Source of the DNA: Flavobacteriales bacterium
Lineage (GTDB): Bacteria; Bacteroidota; Bacteroidia; Flavobacteriales_D; Sanyastnellaceae
Length of the DNA: 64,000 nt
NCBI GenBank assembly: GCA_044239865.1
Contig: JBIIAO010000005.1
Span: 41,537-105,536 of the forward strand
Direction: 5' to 3'
A model generated the notes under the pieces. The model worked only from the letters and a program-made list of their open reading frames with translations, did no database searches and had not been told where the DNA came from. Positions within the stretch are counted from its first letter, which is position 1; each line of letters starts with the position of its first letter. This document shows positions 28,167-37,460 of the stretch, piece by piece. The position numbers and the translations under genes were made by a program.

Positions 28167-28991
28167 ATGGAACCACTTCGTACAACAGACGCAACGCAAA
28201 TCGACTTTAAGAAAAAGTTCGATTTAACGGATAAGGTCATTGTTATAACAGGTGCTTGCGGATTGGTGGGAAGAGCCTTCTGTGAAGCGGTTGCGCAATT
28301 CGGAGGAATTGTAGTTGCGGCAGATATCGAATTGGCAAATCCTATTCAGTTTGCCAGTGAATTGGCTGAACGAAACAATACAAAATCACTTGGTTTTGTC
28401 CTCGATGTTGCAAACAGATCTTCTGTTGAAACGTTGAAAGAAAGTGTACTTACTTCATTCGGAAGAATAGACGGATTGGTGAACGCACATCAGAATAAAA
28501 CGCATTTAAAATTCGAACCCTTCGAAAGTGTGTCCGATGAAAATTGGGACACTGTTGTTGATGTGAATTTGAAAGGCACGTTTCTAATGTGTCAAATTAT
28601 CGGCTGCCACATGGCAGAAAACGGCGGCGGTAGCGTTGTAAATATCCCTTCAACCTACAGCGTCGTTGCACCGAATCAGAATTTATACAAAGGAACTTCC
28701 TTAGGTTGCCCCGCCGCCTATAGCGCCTCGAAAGGCGGTATCGACGCACTTTCCAGATACCTTGCTTCTTACTGGGCAACGAAGAAAGTGCGTGTAAACA
28801 TGATTACTCCACACGGCGTGTGGAACAATCACGAAGTGCAATTCGAAGAAAATTTCGCGCGCTTCTCTCCCATGGAAAGATTGAGTTACAATCACGAAGT
28901 AGCAAGCGCGCTCATTTATTTACTCAGCGATGCTTCCTCGTATGTTACCGGAGATAACATGAAGGTTGAAGGCGGTTGGACCGTTTGGTGA
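28167..28991 (+). CDS. SDR-family oxidoreductase
   Basis: ITGACGLVG glycine motif and the YSASK catalytic motif. Confidence 0.82.
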   Translation: MEPLRTTDATQIDFKKKFDLTDKVIVITGACGLVGRAFCEAVAQFGGIVVAADIELANPIQFASELAERNNTKSLGFVLDVANRSSVETLKESVLTSFGRIDGLVNAHQNKTHLKFEPFESVSDENWDTVVDVNLKGTFLMCQIIGCHMAENGGGSVVNIPSTYSVVAPNQNLYKGTSLGCPAAYSASKGGIDALSRYLASYWATKKVRVNMITPHGVWNNHEVQFEENFARFSPMERLSYNHEVASALIYLLSDASSYVTGDNMKVEGGWTVW

Positions 28992-28992
28992 T

Positions 28993-30273
28993 ATGCAGGA
29001 AAAACTAGCAACATATTTTGAAAGACTTTGGCCCATCTGCCGAAGTATCACCGGAAACGGCTTGCGCGAATCGTTTCGCATTCTGCGAGAAATTGTTCCC
29101 TTCGAATTAACTGAAGTTCCAACAGGAACGCAAGTCCACGACTGGGAAATTCCGAAAGAATGGAACATCGAAGATGCCTACATTTTAACGCCAGACGGAC
29201 GTAAAGTCGCAGACTTCAAACAGAATAATTTACACGTGTTGAATTATTCAACGCCCGTTGATCAAGAGGTTTCATGGGATGAATTATCGAAACATATTTT
29301 CACCCTTCCTGAGCAGCCCAACGCCATTCCATACGTAACCTCGTATTACGAAGAGAAATGGGGTTTCTGCCTTTCGCACAACGAATGGGCTTTGCTGCCG
29401 AAAGAAGGAAAGTATCGCGTAGTTATTCAATCTGAATTGAAAGAAGGAAGCCTTACTTATGGAGAGGCAATATTGAAGGGCGATTCAGAAAAAGAGATTC
29501 TTTTTTATTCTTATTTGTGTCATCCGAGCATGGCGAACAACGAGCTCAGCGGACCATTGGTTTTGGCCATGCTCTATGAAAAGCTCGCTGCCCTTCCACA
29601 AAGAAAATACACTTATCGATTTGTCCTTGCACCCGAGACCATTGGCTCAATTGCATACCTATCGAAGAACGGACAAGCGTTGAAAGAAAAGCTTCAAGCA
29701 GGATGGGTGCTCACGTGTTGCGGCGACTCAGGAAAAATTCATTACAAGAATTCTCGAAAAGGAAACGCACTTGTCGATCGCATAAGCAAGCACATTTTGA
29801 ATCAACTTCCACTTCAATGGAATGATTTGGAATTTTCTGTTGGTGGAAGCGATGAGCGTCAGTTTTGCTCTCCCGGATATAATCTTCCAATAGGATCTTT
29901 CATGCGCACGCCTTATCAGCGTTACGCGCAATATCACACATCATTAGACAATCGAGATTTCATTTCCATTCCTGTTATGGAAGAAGGGGTTGAAATTTTA
30001 TTCCAAATGGTCTTGGCCCTCGAGATTAACGAAACCTACGAGGCAGTGGTTCAATACGGAGAACCTCAATTGGGTAAACGTGGATTGTATCCGAGTTCAA
30101 ACATGCCGAACACCGATCAGCGAACAATGGTCCACAACATGATGCACCTCATCAACTGGTCAGACGGTGAGCATGATTTGTTAAGCATAGCCGATAAAAA
30201 GGGAATCCCAATGTTTTATTTTGCCCCTTTGGCTAAACTTTGCGAAGAGAAGGGTGTTCTAAGAAGGAAATAA
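28993..30273 (+). CDS. Aminopeptidase-like domain protein (DUF4910/DUF2172-type) of polysaccharide clusters
   Basis: LWPICRSITGNGLRESFRILREIVP...VPTGTQVHDWEIPKEWN is the block I associate with this family. I placed the start at the ATG at 28993, 1 nt after the upstream stop. Confidence 0.65.
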   Translation: MQEKLATYFERLWPICRSITGNGLRESFRILREIVPFELTEVPTGTQVHDWEIPKEWNIEDAYILTPDGRKVADFKQNNLHVLNYSTPVDQEVSWDELSKHIFTLPEQPNAIPYVTSYYEEKWGFCLSHNEWALLPKEGKYRVVIQSELKEGSLTYGEAILKGDSEKEILFYSYLCHPSMANNELSGPLVLAMLYEKLAALPQRKYTYRFVLAPETIGSIAYLSKNGQALKEKLQAGWVLTCCGDSGKIHYKNSRKGNALVDRISKHILNQLPLQWNDLEFSVGGSDERQFCSPGYNLPIGSFMRTPYQRYAQYHTSLDNRDFISIPVMEEGVEILFQMVLALEINETYEAVVQYGEPQLGKRGLYPSSNMPNTDQRTMVHNMMHLINWSDGEHDLLSIADKKGIPMFYFAPLAKLCEEKGVLRRK

Positions 30274-30312
30274 CCCGTTTGAATTGTACATTCGCATCTT
30301 AAATTTTTTAAA

Positions 30313-31296
30313 ATGAAATCATTAGTAGAAGCTTTTCCAACACATTTGAAAGAAGCCTTGGCCATCGGTCAAAGCGCCACATTCACAAACACCGACAAAC
30401 AATTTGAGAACATTGTCATCTCTGGTTTAGGAGGTTCAGGTATCGGTGGAAAGATTGTTTCTCAATTGGTAGCAGACGATTGCTGCCTGCCTATTCTTTG
30501 CACGAACGACTACGTTCTTCCTGCATTCGTAGGCCCTAAGACATTGGTTATTATTTCTAGCTACAGCGGCGAAACAGAAGAAACTGTTGCGGCATACAAC
30601 GAAGCAAAAGCGAAAGGTGCTACCATTTCTTGCATCACCAGTGGTGGAAAGATTGCAGCAGCGGCAGCAGCTGACGGATACAACTGCATTATCATTCCTG
30701 GTGGACAACCTCCAAGAAGTATGTTCGGATATAGCTCTGTTCAAGTGTTATTCACTTTGAAGGCATACAAAATTTACAACGGAAATTTCGAAGCGGAAAT
30801 CAGCAATTCAATCGATTTGATTCATGCTGAAATTGCAAACATTCGGACAGAGACAAAATCAATCGCAGAGAAAATTGTTTCTCGCATCCCAGTATTATAC
30901 AGCGAAGCGAGCTACGAAGGCGTTGCTATTCGTTGGAGACAACAAATCAATGAGAACTCGAAAATGCTTTGCTGGCACCACGTTTTCCCAGAGATGAACC
31001 ACAACGAATTGGTGGGTTGGACAGGTGGAGACAACCGCGTTGCGGTGTTAATGCTTCGCACAGAAGACGATCACAAGCGTTCACAAATTCGCATGGACAT
31101 CTGTAAAAAATTAATGGGTGAAAAGTGTGATACAATTATTGAAATCCACGCGAAAGGTTCAAGCAGACTTGAGAGAGCGTACTACTTAATTCACTTGGGT
31201 GATTGGTTAACGATTGATCTTGCAGAATTGCGTAACGAAGATGCTACAGCTATTCCAGCAATTATCTTCTTGAAAAACGAGCTGTCGAAAATATGA
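30313..31296 (+). CDS. Bifunctional phosphoglucose/phosphomannose isomerase (SIS domain)
   Basis: ISGLGGSGIGG and SYSGETEET SIS motifs, 327 aa. Confidence 0.78.
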   Translation: MKSLVEAFPTHLKEALAIGQSATFTNTDKQFENIVISGLGGSGIGGKIVSQLVADDCCLPILCTNDYVLPAFVGPKTLVIISSYSGETEETVAAYNEAKAKGATISCITSGGKIAAAAAADGYNCIIIPGGQPPRSMFGYSSVQVLFTLKAYKIYNGNFEAEISNSIDLIHAEIANIRTETKSIAEKIVSRIPVLYSEASYEGVAIRWRQQINENSKMLCWHHVFPEMNHNELVGWTGGDNRVAVLMLRTEDDHKRSQIRMDICKKLMGEKCDTIIEIHAKGSSRLERAYYLIHLGDWLTIDLAELRNEDATAIPAIIFLKNELSKI

Positions 31297-32009
31297 GTAA
31301 ACCCATTGTTTCCTTCAGAGATTTAGGTCTTGCGCCTTATAAGGAAACATGGGATTTTCAGGAAGAGCTGTTTGAACGCAACGTTCAACGAAAACTTCAA
31401 AACAGATTAGAAGGAAAAGCCGACGGAGTGGGAACAGAAGATGTTCTCCTCTTCGTTGAGCACCCGCATGTATACACATTAGGAAAAAGCGGAGACGCTT
31501 TTCATTTGCTCGTTTCAGAAGAGAAACTGAAAGAGATTGGCGCAACGTATTATCCCATCAATAGAGGCGGAGACATTACCTACCACGGTCCCGGACAAAT
31601 AGTGGGATATCCGCTTTTAGACCTCGAGCATTTCTTCACAGACATTCACAAGTACATGCGCTACCTCGAAGAGGCCATCATTCGCACCATTGCGCATTAC
31701 GGAATTGTGGGTGGAAGAATAGACGGGTTGACAGGCGTGTGGCTAGATATCGATGATCCGAAGAAAGCTCGGAAAATTGCTGCGCTCGGAGTGAAGTGCA
31801 GCCGTTGGTTAACCATGCACGGATTCGCGTTCAACGTGAATACAGATTTGAATTACTTCAACCACATTGTTCCTTGCGGAATTACAGATAAAAAAGTAAC
31901 CAGCCTTTCAAGCGAATTGAGACGCGAAATGGACATGGATGAAGTGAAGCGCTTTCTTCTTCAAGAGCTAGCGGATGTATTTCAATTCGAAATACAAATC
32001 CCACAATAA
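31293..32009 (+). CDS. lipB: Lipoyl(octanoyl) transferase
   Basis: INRGGDITYHGPGQIVGYPLLDL and the CSRWLTMHGFAFNV blocks. Confidence 0.93.
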   Translation: MSKPIVSFRDLGLAPYKETWDFQEELFERNVQRKLQNRLEGKADGVGTEDVLLFVEHPHVYTLGKSGDAFHLLVSEEKLKEIGATYYPINRGGDITYHGPGQIVGYPLLDLEHFFTDIHKYMRYLEEAIIRTIAHYGIVGGRIDGLTGVWLDIDDPKKARKIAALGVKCSRWLTMHGFAFNVNTDLNYFNHIVPCGITDKKVTSLSSELRREMDMDEVKRFLLQELADVFQFEIQIPQ

Positions 32010-32071
32010 GTATTAAAATTTCAAAGTGAATATCGTACGCTCAAGGGCAGCGCTTTTCGTATTCAAAACCT

Positions 32072-32079
32072 TACATTTG
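32072..32079 (+). promoter_or_regulatory. Candidate -7 promoter box (TACATTTG) for the terC-family gene
   Basis: TAnnTTTG match, 4 nt upstream of the ATG at 32084. Confidence 0.4.
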
Positions 32080-32083
32080 TAGC

Positions 32084-32851
32084 ATGGAATCATTTTTCGC
32101 TGCATTTTCGACCGTCCAAGGTTGGATAGACTTGTTGACTTTGGTAATTATGGAAATTGTCTTGGGTATAGACAACATCATTTTCATTGCAATTGTGACT
32201 GGTTTTTTATCATCGAAGTCAGACCAAACAAAAGCACGGAGAATTGGACTTTCATTCGCGCTTATTTTTAGAATTGGATTGTTGTTCACTCTTTCCTATT
32301 TGGCGCATTTACAAGAGCCGTTTTTCACCTTAGGTGGTTATCCTGTTTCGGGAAGAGGATTGGTTTTATTAGCTGGAGGATTGTTTTTAATTATTAAGAC
32401 CTTCAATGAAATTCGACATAAATTCTTAATTGCAGATAACGAAGAGTCTGAGAAATCGAGAAAAATCAATTTGTTCCAAGCCATTATTCAAATCACAATC
32501 ATTGACATTGTTTTTTCTTTCGACTCAATCATCACTGCTGTTGGTTTAGTGGATCATGTGCCGATTATGGTTGTTGCGGTGGTTATTGCCATGTTTGTCA
32601 TGTTGGCGTTTGCGCCATACGTTAGCGCATTCATTGAGAAGTATCCAACATTGAAAATGTTGGCCCTTGTGTTCTTAATTGTTATCGGATTGAATCTAGT
32701 GGCTGAAGCTTGTGAAAGCGCACATTTGATTCATATTCCAGAATACGTCAACGTGAAAATGTATTCCTACGTTGCATTTGCATTTGCTCTAACGGTTGAG
32801 TTGTTAAACATTCGATTACACCACGTTAAAGAGCGTAAGAGTAATTCATGA
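32084..32851 (+). CDS. TerC-family integral membrane protein
   Basis: EIVLGIDNIIFIAI and DIVFSFDSIITAVG motifs in a polytopic protein. Confidence 0.88.
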   Translation: MESFFAAFSTVQGWIDLLTLVIMEIVLGIDNIIFIAIVTGFLSSKSDQTKARRIGLSFALIFRIGLLFTLSYLAHLQEPFFTLGGYPVSGRGLVLLAGGLFLIIKTFNEIRHKFLIADNEESEKSRKINLFQAIIQITIIDIVFSFDSIITAVGLVDHVPIMVVAVVIAMFVMLAFAPYVSAFIEKYPTLKMLALVFLIVIGLNLVAEACESAHLIHIPEYVNVKMYSYVAFAFALTVELLNIRLHHVKERKSNS

Positions 32852-33432
32852 TTATCATAGAAAACACACTCGTAAGCGAGGATTTATTCGAAGAACATTT
32901 TGTCTGTGATCTTTCTGCGTGCAAAGGAATTTGTTGTGTGGAAGGAGACAGCGGGGCGCCTATTGGAGAAGACGAAATTCCTATTTTGGAACAAGAGTGG
33001 GAAAGCGCAAAACCCTATATGGTTCCAGAAGGAATAGCTGCTATTGAGCGCGAAGGACTTTATCAAGTTGACGAAGACGGAGACATTGTTACCACGCTGG
33101 TTTCAGAGAAAGGTGCTTGTTCCTTTGTTCATTACAGCAAAGACGGAACAGCATTGTGCGCGTTGGAAACTGCATACAAGGCGGGCGAATCAAAATTCAG
33201 AAAACCAATCTCTTGTCATTTGTATCCTATTCGTTTAACGAAGTTGGCAGATTACGTTGGATTGAATTATCACCGTTGGCCCATTTGTGCGCCTGCGTGT
33301 GAGTGCGGATCGAAATTGCAAGTGCCGGTATACAGATTCCTCAAAGATGCAATTACAACAAAGTTTGGTGAAGCGTATTTTCAAGAATTAGACGAACACT
33401 ACCGAGCATGGAAAGTACAAAGAGAAGCGTAA
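32848..33432 (+). CDS. DUF3109-family Cys-rich protein
   Basis: CDLSACKGICCVEGDSGAP block, 194 aa. Confidence 0.7.
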   Translation: MIIIENTLVSEDLFEEHFVCDLSACKGICCVEGDSGAPIGEDEIPILEQEWESAKPYMVPEGIAAIEREGLYQVDEDGDIVTTLVSEKGACSFVHYSKDGTALCALETAYKAGESKFRKPISCHLYPIRLTKLADYVGLNYHRWPICAPACECGSKLQVPVYRFLKDAITTKFGEAYFQELDEHYRAWKVQREA

Positions 33433-34955
33433 TACTTTTTCTTTTATTGTTTTTTTGCGCCCCCATTTTTTCGCAAGAATGGGTTCAGGTGAAATGTGTT
33501 TTCAATACAGAAAATGGCGATTTGCTTTCCGATTACAGAGAAGGGACAGCTCTTGTTGTAAGTGGGCGCTTGAAGCAAGCGTATGGTCAAGGAACCATGC
33601 AAACCACACGCATCAATCGATTGCACAGGATTGATTTATTTTCTGAAAGGGAAGAGACATTCTTTCCAAAAGATTGGAACTTCGATGAGGGTGTTTCATG
33701 CTTTGGAGATCACAAGAGTGAATTGTTTTTTCAAACTGATTTGGATGTAAGAGGAACGTTTTCGAAGTCGTACAAGATATTTCTCTGGGATTCTTCTTTA
33801 ACCTATAAAAGTGTTGGAGCACCGGTTGAAATGGCTGGCAATAGTGGAGAGGGTGGTTTCGATAACATAAATCCAACGTACGATCCCATTGAAAAACTAC
33901 TCATTTTTTCGAGCAATCGAGCAGGTGGCTATGGTGCACATGACTTGTATGGTTGTTATCGTGTCGGAAAGGGTTGGGGACCTGTTTTCAATTTAGGTCC
34001 AGGCGTGAATACTTCCGAAAATGAATTTGGCGCAACGCTGTCTCAAGGCACGCTTTATTTTTCGCGAATGAATTTGCAAGATTTGAAAATGACGATGTAT
34101 TCAGCATCTCAAAAAGAAGCTTTTCAAACTTCAACAAAGCTTTTACCCCCTTTCAACAATGAAAGAGGAGACATCTGGAAAATTGTCTTCGTTTCGAGTG
34201 TTGAAGCATATGTTTCGGGTGAACACATAGAACGCTATATCCTTCCACAAAAAAGCAAGCAAGTTCAATTTAGATTGAAAGAAGGTACTCGCGTATTGCC
34301 CAATATTCAGTTTACCGTGGTATCCTCGGGCAGTGGCGAGAAGATTAATTTGAAATCGAACACCGAAGGAATAACTGATTTATTTACGTTATCGTTGGAA
34401 ACGAAATACAAAGTGAGCATTCAAGAAAAAGATTGGGAATTGTTAAAAGCAACAGGAAATGGTAAAGGCTACAAGGCAGAGTTAATTGATGAATTCGGAA
34501 ATATTATTCGAGTCTTCAAGTTCGACGCGAATGGAAATTTCCAATTTGAATTGCTCGATTTTGTCTATACGAATTTGACACTTTTAGAAGAAATAGATCG
34601 CAGTAAATTGAATGTTTCAAAGGTTGAAGCGGCAATAAGCAAGGGCGTTTCAACAAAAAAATATTTCTTCCCGGTGAATGAAAGTACCCTGAATGAAATT
34701 CAGAAAATAGATCTGCGCAATTGGTTGAGAGATCAGACGAATTCAACATTCACCATCAGCGGATTCGCAAGTTCAGACGGAAGTTCAAAGCGAAATAAGG
34801 AATTGGCAAACACAAGAATTCAAGCTACGAAGCAATGGCTAATGGCAAATGGAATTACAGAGAAAAACATAAAAATTAAAGTCGTAGGTATTAACGAAAT
34901 CGGAGAAAAAGGACGTCGTGTAGAGCTTGAAGCGATTCCATTATCTTCGCAATAA
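33408..34955 (+). CDS. OmpA-family protein (PD40-like repeats plus C-terminal OmpA-like domain)
   Basis: Signal peptide, LIFSSNRAGGYGAHDLY-type repeats, and a C-terminal FTISGFASSDGSSKRNKELANTRIQATKQWL. Confidence 0.72.
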   Translation: MESTKRSVILFLLLFFCAPIFSQEWVQVKCVFNTENGDLLSDYREGTALVVSGRLKQAYGQGTMQTTRINRLHRIDLFSEREETFFPKDWNFDEGVSCFGDHKSELFFQTDLDVRGTFSKSYKIFLWDSSLTYKSVGAPVEMAGNSGEGGFDNINPTYDPIEKLLIFSSNRAGGYGAHDLYGCYRVGKGWGPVFNLGPGVNTSENEFGATLSQGTLYFSRMNLQDLKMTMYSASQKEAFQTSTKLLPPFNNERGDIWKIVFVSSVEAYVSGEHIERYILPQKSKQVQFRLKEGTRVLPNIQFTVVSSGSGEKINLKSNTEGITDLFTLSLETKYKVSIQEKDWELLKATGNGKGYKAELIDEFGNIIRVFKFDANGNFQFELLDFVYTNLTLLEEIDRSKLNVSKVEAAISKGVSTKKYFFPVNESTLNEIQKIDLRNWLRDQTNSTFTISGFASSDGSSKRNKELANTRIQATKQWLMANGITEKNIKIKVVGINEIGEKGRRVELEAIPLSSQ

Positions 34956-34969
34956 CAACACGAAAAACC

Positions 34970-35518
34970 ATGTTTGAAAAACTATTTCCAAATCGCGAGT
35001 TAAGAATTGTAAAAGGAAAACTTATTGAAAGCGGAACTTCGCATTTAGACGGACAAGAAGACAAAGGCGCGCAACGATGGGTGAAAGTTAACGACCAAGT
35101 GATTACGCGAGTAAGTGATGGTCTATACCATGCGCAGTGGGACGATGAGGTGGTTGTGGTTTGCGATAAGCACAACTTCATGGTTGGCTATTGGAATTCA
35201 ACAAAAGGTTCAGGAAGTGAACCGAACTACTCGGCCTCTATTGGTTCAACAGCTGTGGTTACTTTGATCATACTCACTTCGATGATGTTCAATTTTATTC
35301 CCATGCATGATCCGCAAAAGGGCGACATCATTACTTCCTTCTACAATTACATTTGGAAAGATGAGTTCTTTGTAACGCATTGGTCGGCCACTGCCTCAAT
35401 CCTAGGTGTATTCGGTTTGTATGGATTTATTTGGACTCCCATTTACGCAATAGGACACGTTAAGCGAGAACGTCAGGCTGCTGTTATGTTAGCTCCATAC
35501 AGAAACATAGTCGAGTGA
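34970..35518 (+). CDS. Hypothetical membrane protein
   Basis: 182 aa with two predicted C-terminal TM helices. No family recognised. Confidence 0.45.
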   Translation: MFEKLFPNRELRIVKGKLIESGTSHLDGQEDKGAQRWVKVNDQVITRVSDGLYHAQWDDEVVVVCDKHNFMVGYWNSTKGSGSEPNYSASIGSTAVVTLIILTSMMFNFIPMHDPQKGDIITSFYNYIWKDEFFVTHWSATASILGVFGLYGFIWTPIYAIGHVKRERQAAVMLAPYRNIVE

Positions 35519-36357
35519 AATTCGGGAAGTTAGAGAGCGTCGACCATCTTTCTTTTTCATTCGACGTTCCATCACAGGATTATTCCTTCCTACCGAATGA
35601 TCATTCGGGTAAGTTAGAGATCATTGTAGGCGGAACTGTTTGGGGCGTTCCGCAATGGAAGGGGACCCATTTTCCAGCGAAAGCCAAACCCTCAGAATTT
35701 CTTCATTACTATTCAAGGTTATTTCCCTGTATTGAATTCAATGGTTCACATTACCGGACACCGCCGGTCGCCCAAGTTGCGAAGTGGGTGGAGCAAGTCC
35801 CTAAAACTTTTTTATTCTGTCCGAAATTTCCACAGAGTATTTCACATTGGAGACAGTTTCAAAATTGCGAGCGCGAAACAGATTTGTTTATGGAAGCACT
35901 TTTTGCTTTCGGTAAGAATTTGGGAACGACATTCATTCAGCTCCCACCGCATTACAGTCCTGCAAAGGCAGAACCTCTTTTGCGTTATTTGGAAAAACTT
36001 CCGAGAGACGTTCGTTATTCAGTTGAAATGCGTCATCCCGATTGGTTCACAGGAAATGTGTTGGAGGAGTATGCCGAAGAATTAAAAAAGTTGAACGTTG
36101 GTTTAATCGTTTGCGACACCGCAGGAAGAAGAGATGCTGTTCACATCCGCTTGACGAGTGATGAACTCGTGATTCGTTTTGGTGGAAACAATCTTCACGC
36201 AAGCGACGACTTGCGAATGAATCAATGGATAAAGCAATTGAAAGCATGGGAAAAAGTTGGGTTGAAGAAATGTTATTTCTGGATTCATCAACCCGAAAGT
36301 TTACACACGGTTGAAACCATGCAATTGTTCAATACAATTATTTCAGATTACAAATAG
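35515..36357 (+). CDS. DUF72-family protein
   Basis: FLHYYSRLFPCIEFNGSHYRTP block and typical length. Confidence 0.78.
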   Translation: MKFGKLESVDHLSFSFDVPSQDYSFLPNDHSGKLEIIVGGTVWGVPQWKGTHFPAKAKPSEFLHYYSRLFPCIEFNGSHYRTPPVAQVAKWVEQVPKTFLFCPKFPQSISHWRQFQNCERETDLFMEALFAFGKNLGTTFIQLPPHYSPAKAEPLLRYLEKLPRDVRYSVEMRHPDWFTGNVLEEYAEELKKLNVGLIVCDTAGRRDAVHIRLTSDELVIRFGGNNLHASDDLRMNQWIKQLKAWEKVGLKKCYFWIHQPESLHTVETMQLFNTIISDYK

Positions 36358-37400
36358 ATACAACCGCCACAGCTGTCTTTAGAAGCGCCTGTAACTTCTG
36401 AGAGCGCTGTCGGTTGCTCCAAGAGTCTAAGCGCTCCTAATAGGGCGAAAATGAGCGCCTCTTTGTATTGAATGGTGTCATTGTCTGGAACAACTACCGC
36501 TAAATCTGTTTTTGCTTGAATCGATTCAATGAGGAAAGAATTGAAAGCTCCTCCGCCTGTCACTAAAACACTTCCTGTCCAGCCTTCAAAAATCTGTGCT
36601 ATTTGAACCGCCATGTGCTCTGTGCAGGTGGCTAACAAATCGCGAATGGTCAATTGAGATGAGCCGAGCAAAGGAAGGAAATGACTTTCGAACCATTCTT
36701 TTCCCAAAGACTTCGGAAGTTCTTGCGAGTAATAGGGGAGTGCATTTAATTTTTCAAGAAGTTCAACATTCATCACACCGCGTCTTGCCATTTCGCCGTT
36801 TGCATCGAACGGATGTCCGGTTTGTTCAGCCAATAAATTCAAGGCCATATTCGCCACACAAACGTCGAAGGCATTCAGGTCGCCCATGAGTGTGTATGAG
36901 ACATTCGCAATTCCGCCAATATTCAGACAAAAATCGTATTCACTAAATAACAAGCGGTCACCAATGGGGACCAATGGAGCGCCTTGACCACCGTGTGCTA
37001 CATCGGTGGTTCTGAAATCGCAAATGGTTTTAATTCCTGCGTTCGCAGCAATGTGCGCACCACTTCCAATTTGAACCGTAAGCGATTCGCCGGGCTGATG
37101 AAATATGGTATGTCCGTGCGATGCAATTGCATCGGCAGCCAAGTTTCTTTCCTCTAAAAAACGCTTGACTTGTTTTCCTGAATAAATTCCGAAGTCTGCA
37201 TTCAGTTGCGCCAATTCGAGCGCAGACATTTTGTGCGCTCTTCGAAAAATATCGCGCCATGAAGCGTCATAAACTATGGTCTCTGCAGCAACAATTTCGT
37301 ATTCCCATTTTCCTTCGTTGAAGGAAAGATCACACAACGCAATGTCTAGTCCATCGAGACTGGTTCCGCTCATGAGTCCAACAATTCGAAAGGTTTCCAT
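36348..37400 (-). CDS. anmK: Anhydro-N-acetylmuramic acid kinase
   Basis: GLMSGTSLDGLDIAL N-terminus and NIGGIANV blocks. I placed the start at the ATG at 37400 (METFRIVG). Confidence 0.9.
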   Translation of the reverse strand: METFRIVGLMSGTSLDGLDIALCDLSFNEGKWEYEIVAAETIVYDASWRDIFRRAHKMSALELAQLNADFGIYSGKQVKRFLEERNLAADAIASHGHTIFHQPGESLTVQIGSGAHIAANAGIKTICDFRTTDVAHGGQGAPLVPIGDRLLFSEYDFCLNIGGIANVSYTLMGDLNAFDVCVANMALNLLAEQTGHPFDANGEMARRGVMNVELLEKLNALPYYSQELPKSLGKEWFESHFLPLLGSSQLTIRDLLATCTEHMAVQIAQIFEGWTGSVLVTGGGAFNSFLIESIQAKTDLAVVVPDNDTIQYKEALIFALLGALRLLEQPTALSEVTGASKDSCGGCIYL

Positions 37401-37406
37401 AGGTTG

Positions 37407-37414
37407 CAAATATA
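37407..37414 (-). promoter_or_regulatory. Candidate -7 promoter box (TATATTTG) for anmK
   Basis: The minus strand reads TATATTTG, 6 nt upstream of the ATG at 37400. Confidence 0.4.
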
Positions 37415-37438
37415 AGAGGGCGGAATGAACCGCCCTCT
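37415..37438 (-). terminator. Hairpin terminator after the LTD-PLD gene
   Basis: Perfect 9-bp stem AGAGGGCGG / CCGCCCTCT with a 6-nt loop, followed on the minus strand by a T-rich TATATTT. Confidence 0.55.
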
Positions 37439-37460
37439 CAGTATCTCAATCAGAAGAATA

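Noticed and set aside
32010-32083. Possible yybP-ykoY (Mn2+) riboswitch upstream of the TerC-family gene
   Set aside because: The intergenic region is only 74 nt. It lacks the long conserved four-helix sequence, and a -7 box sits 4 nt from the ATG, leaving no room for a leader.
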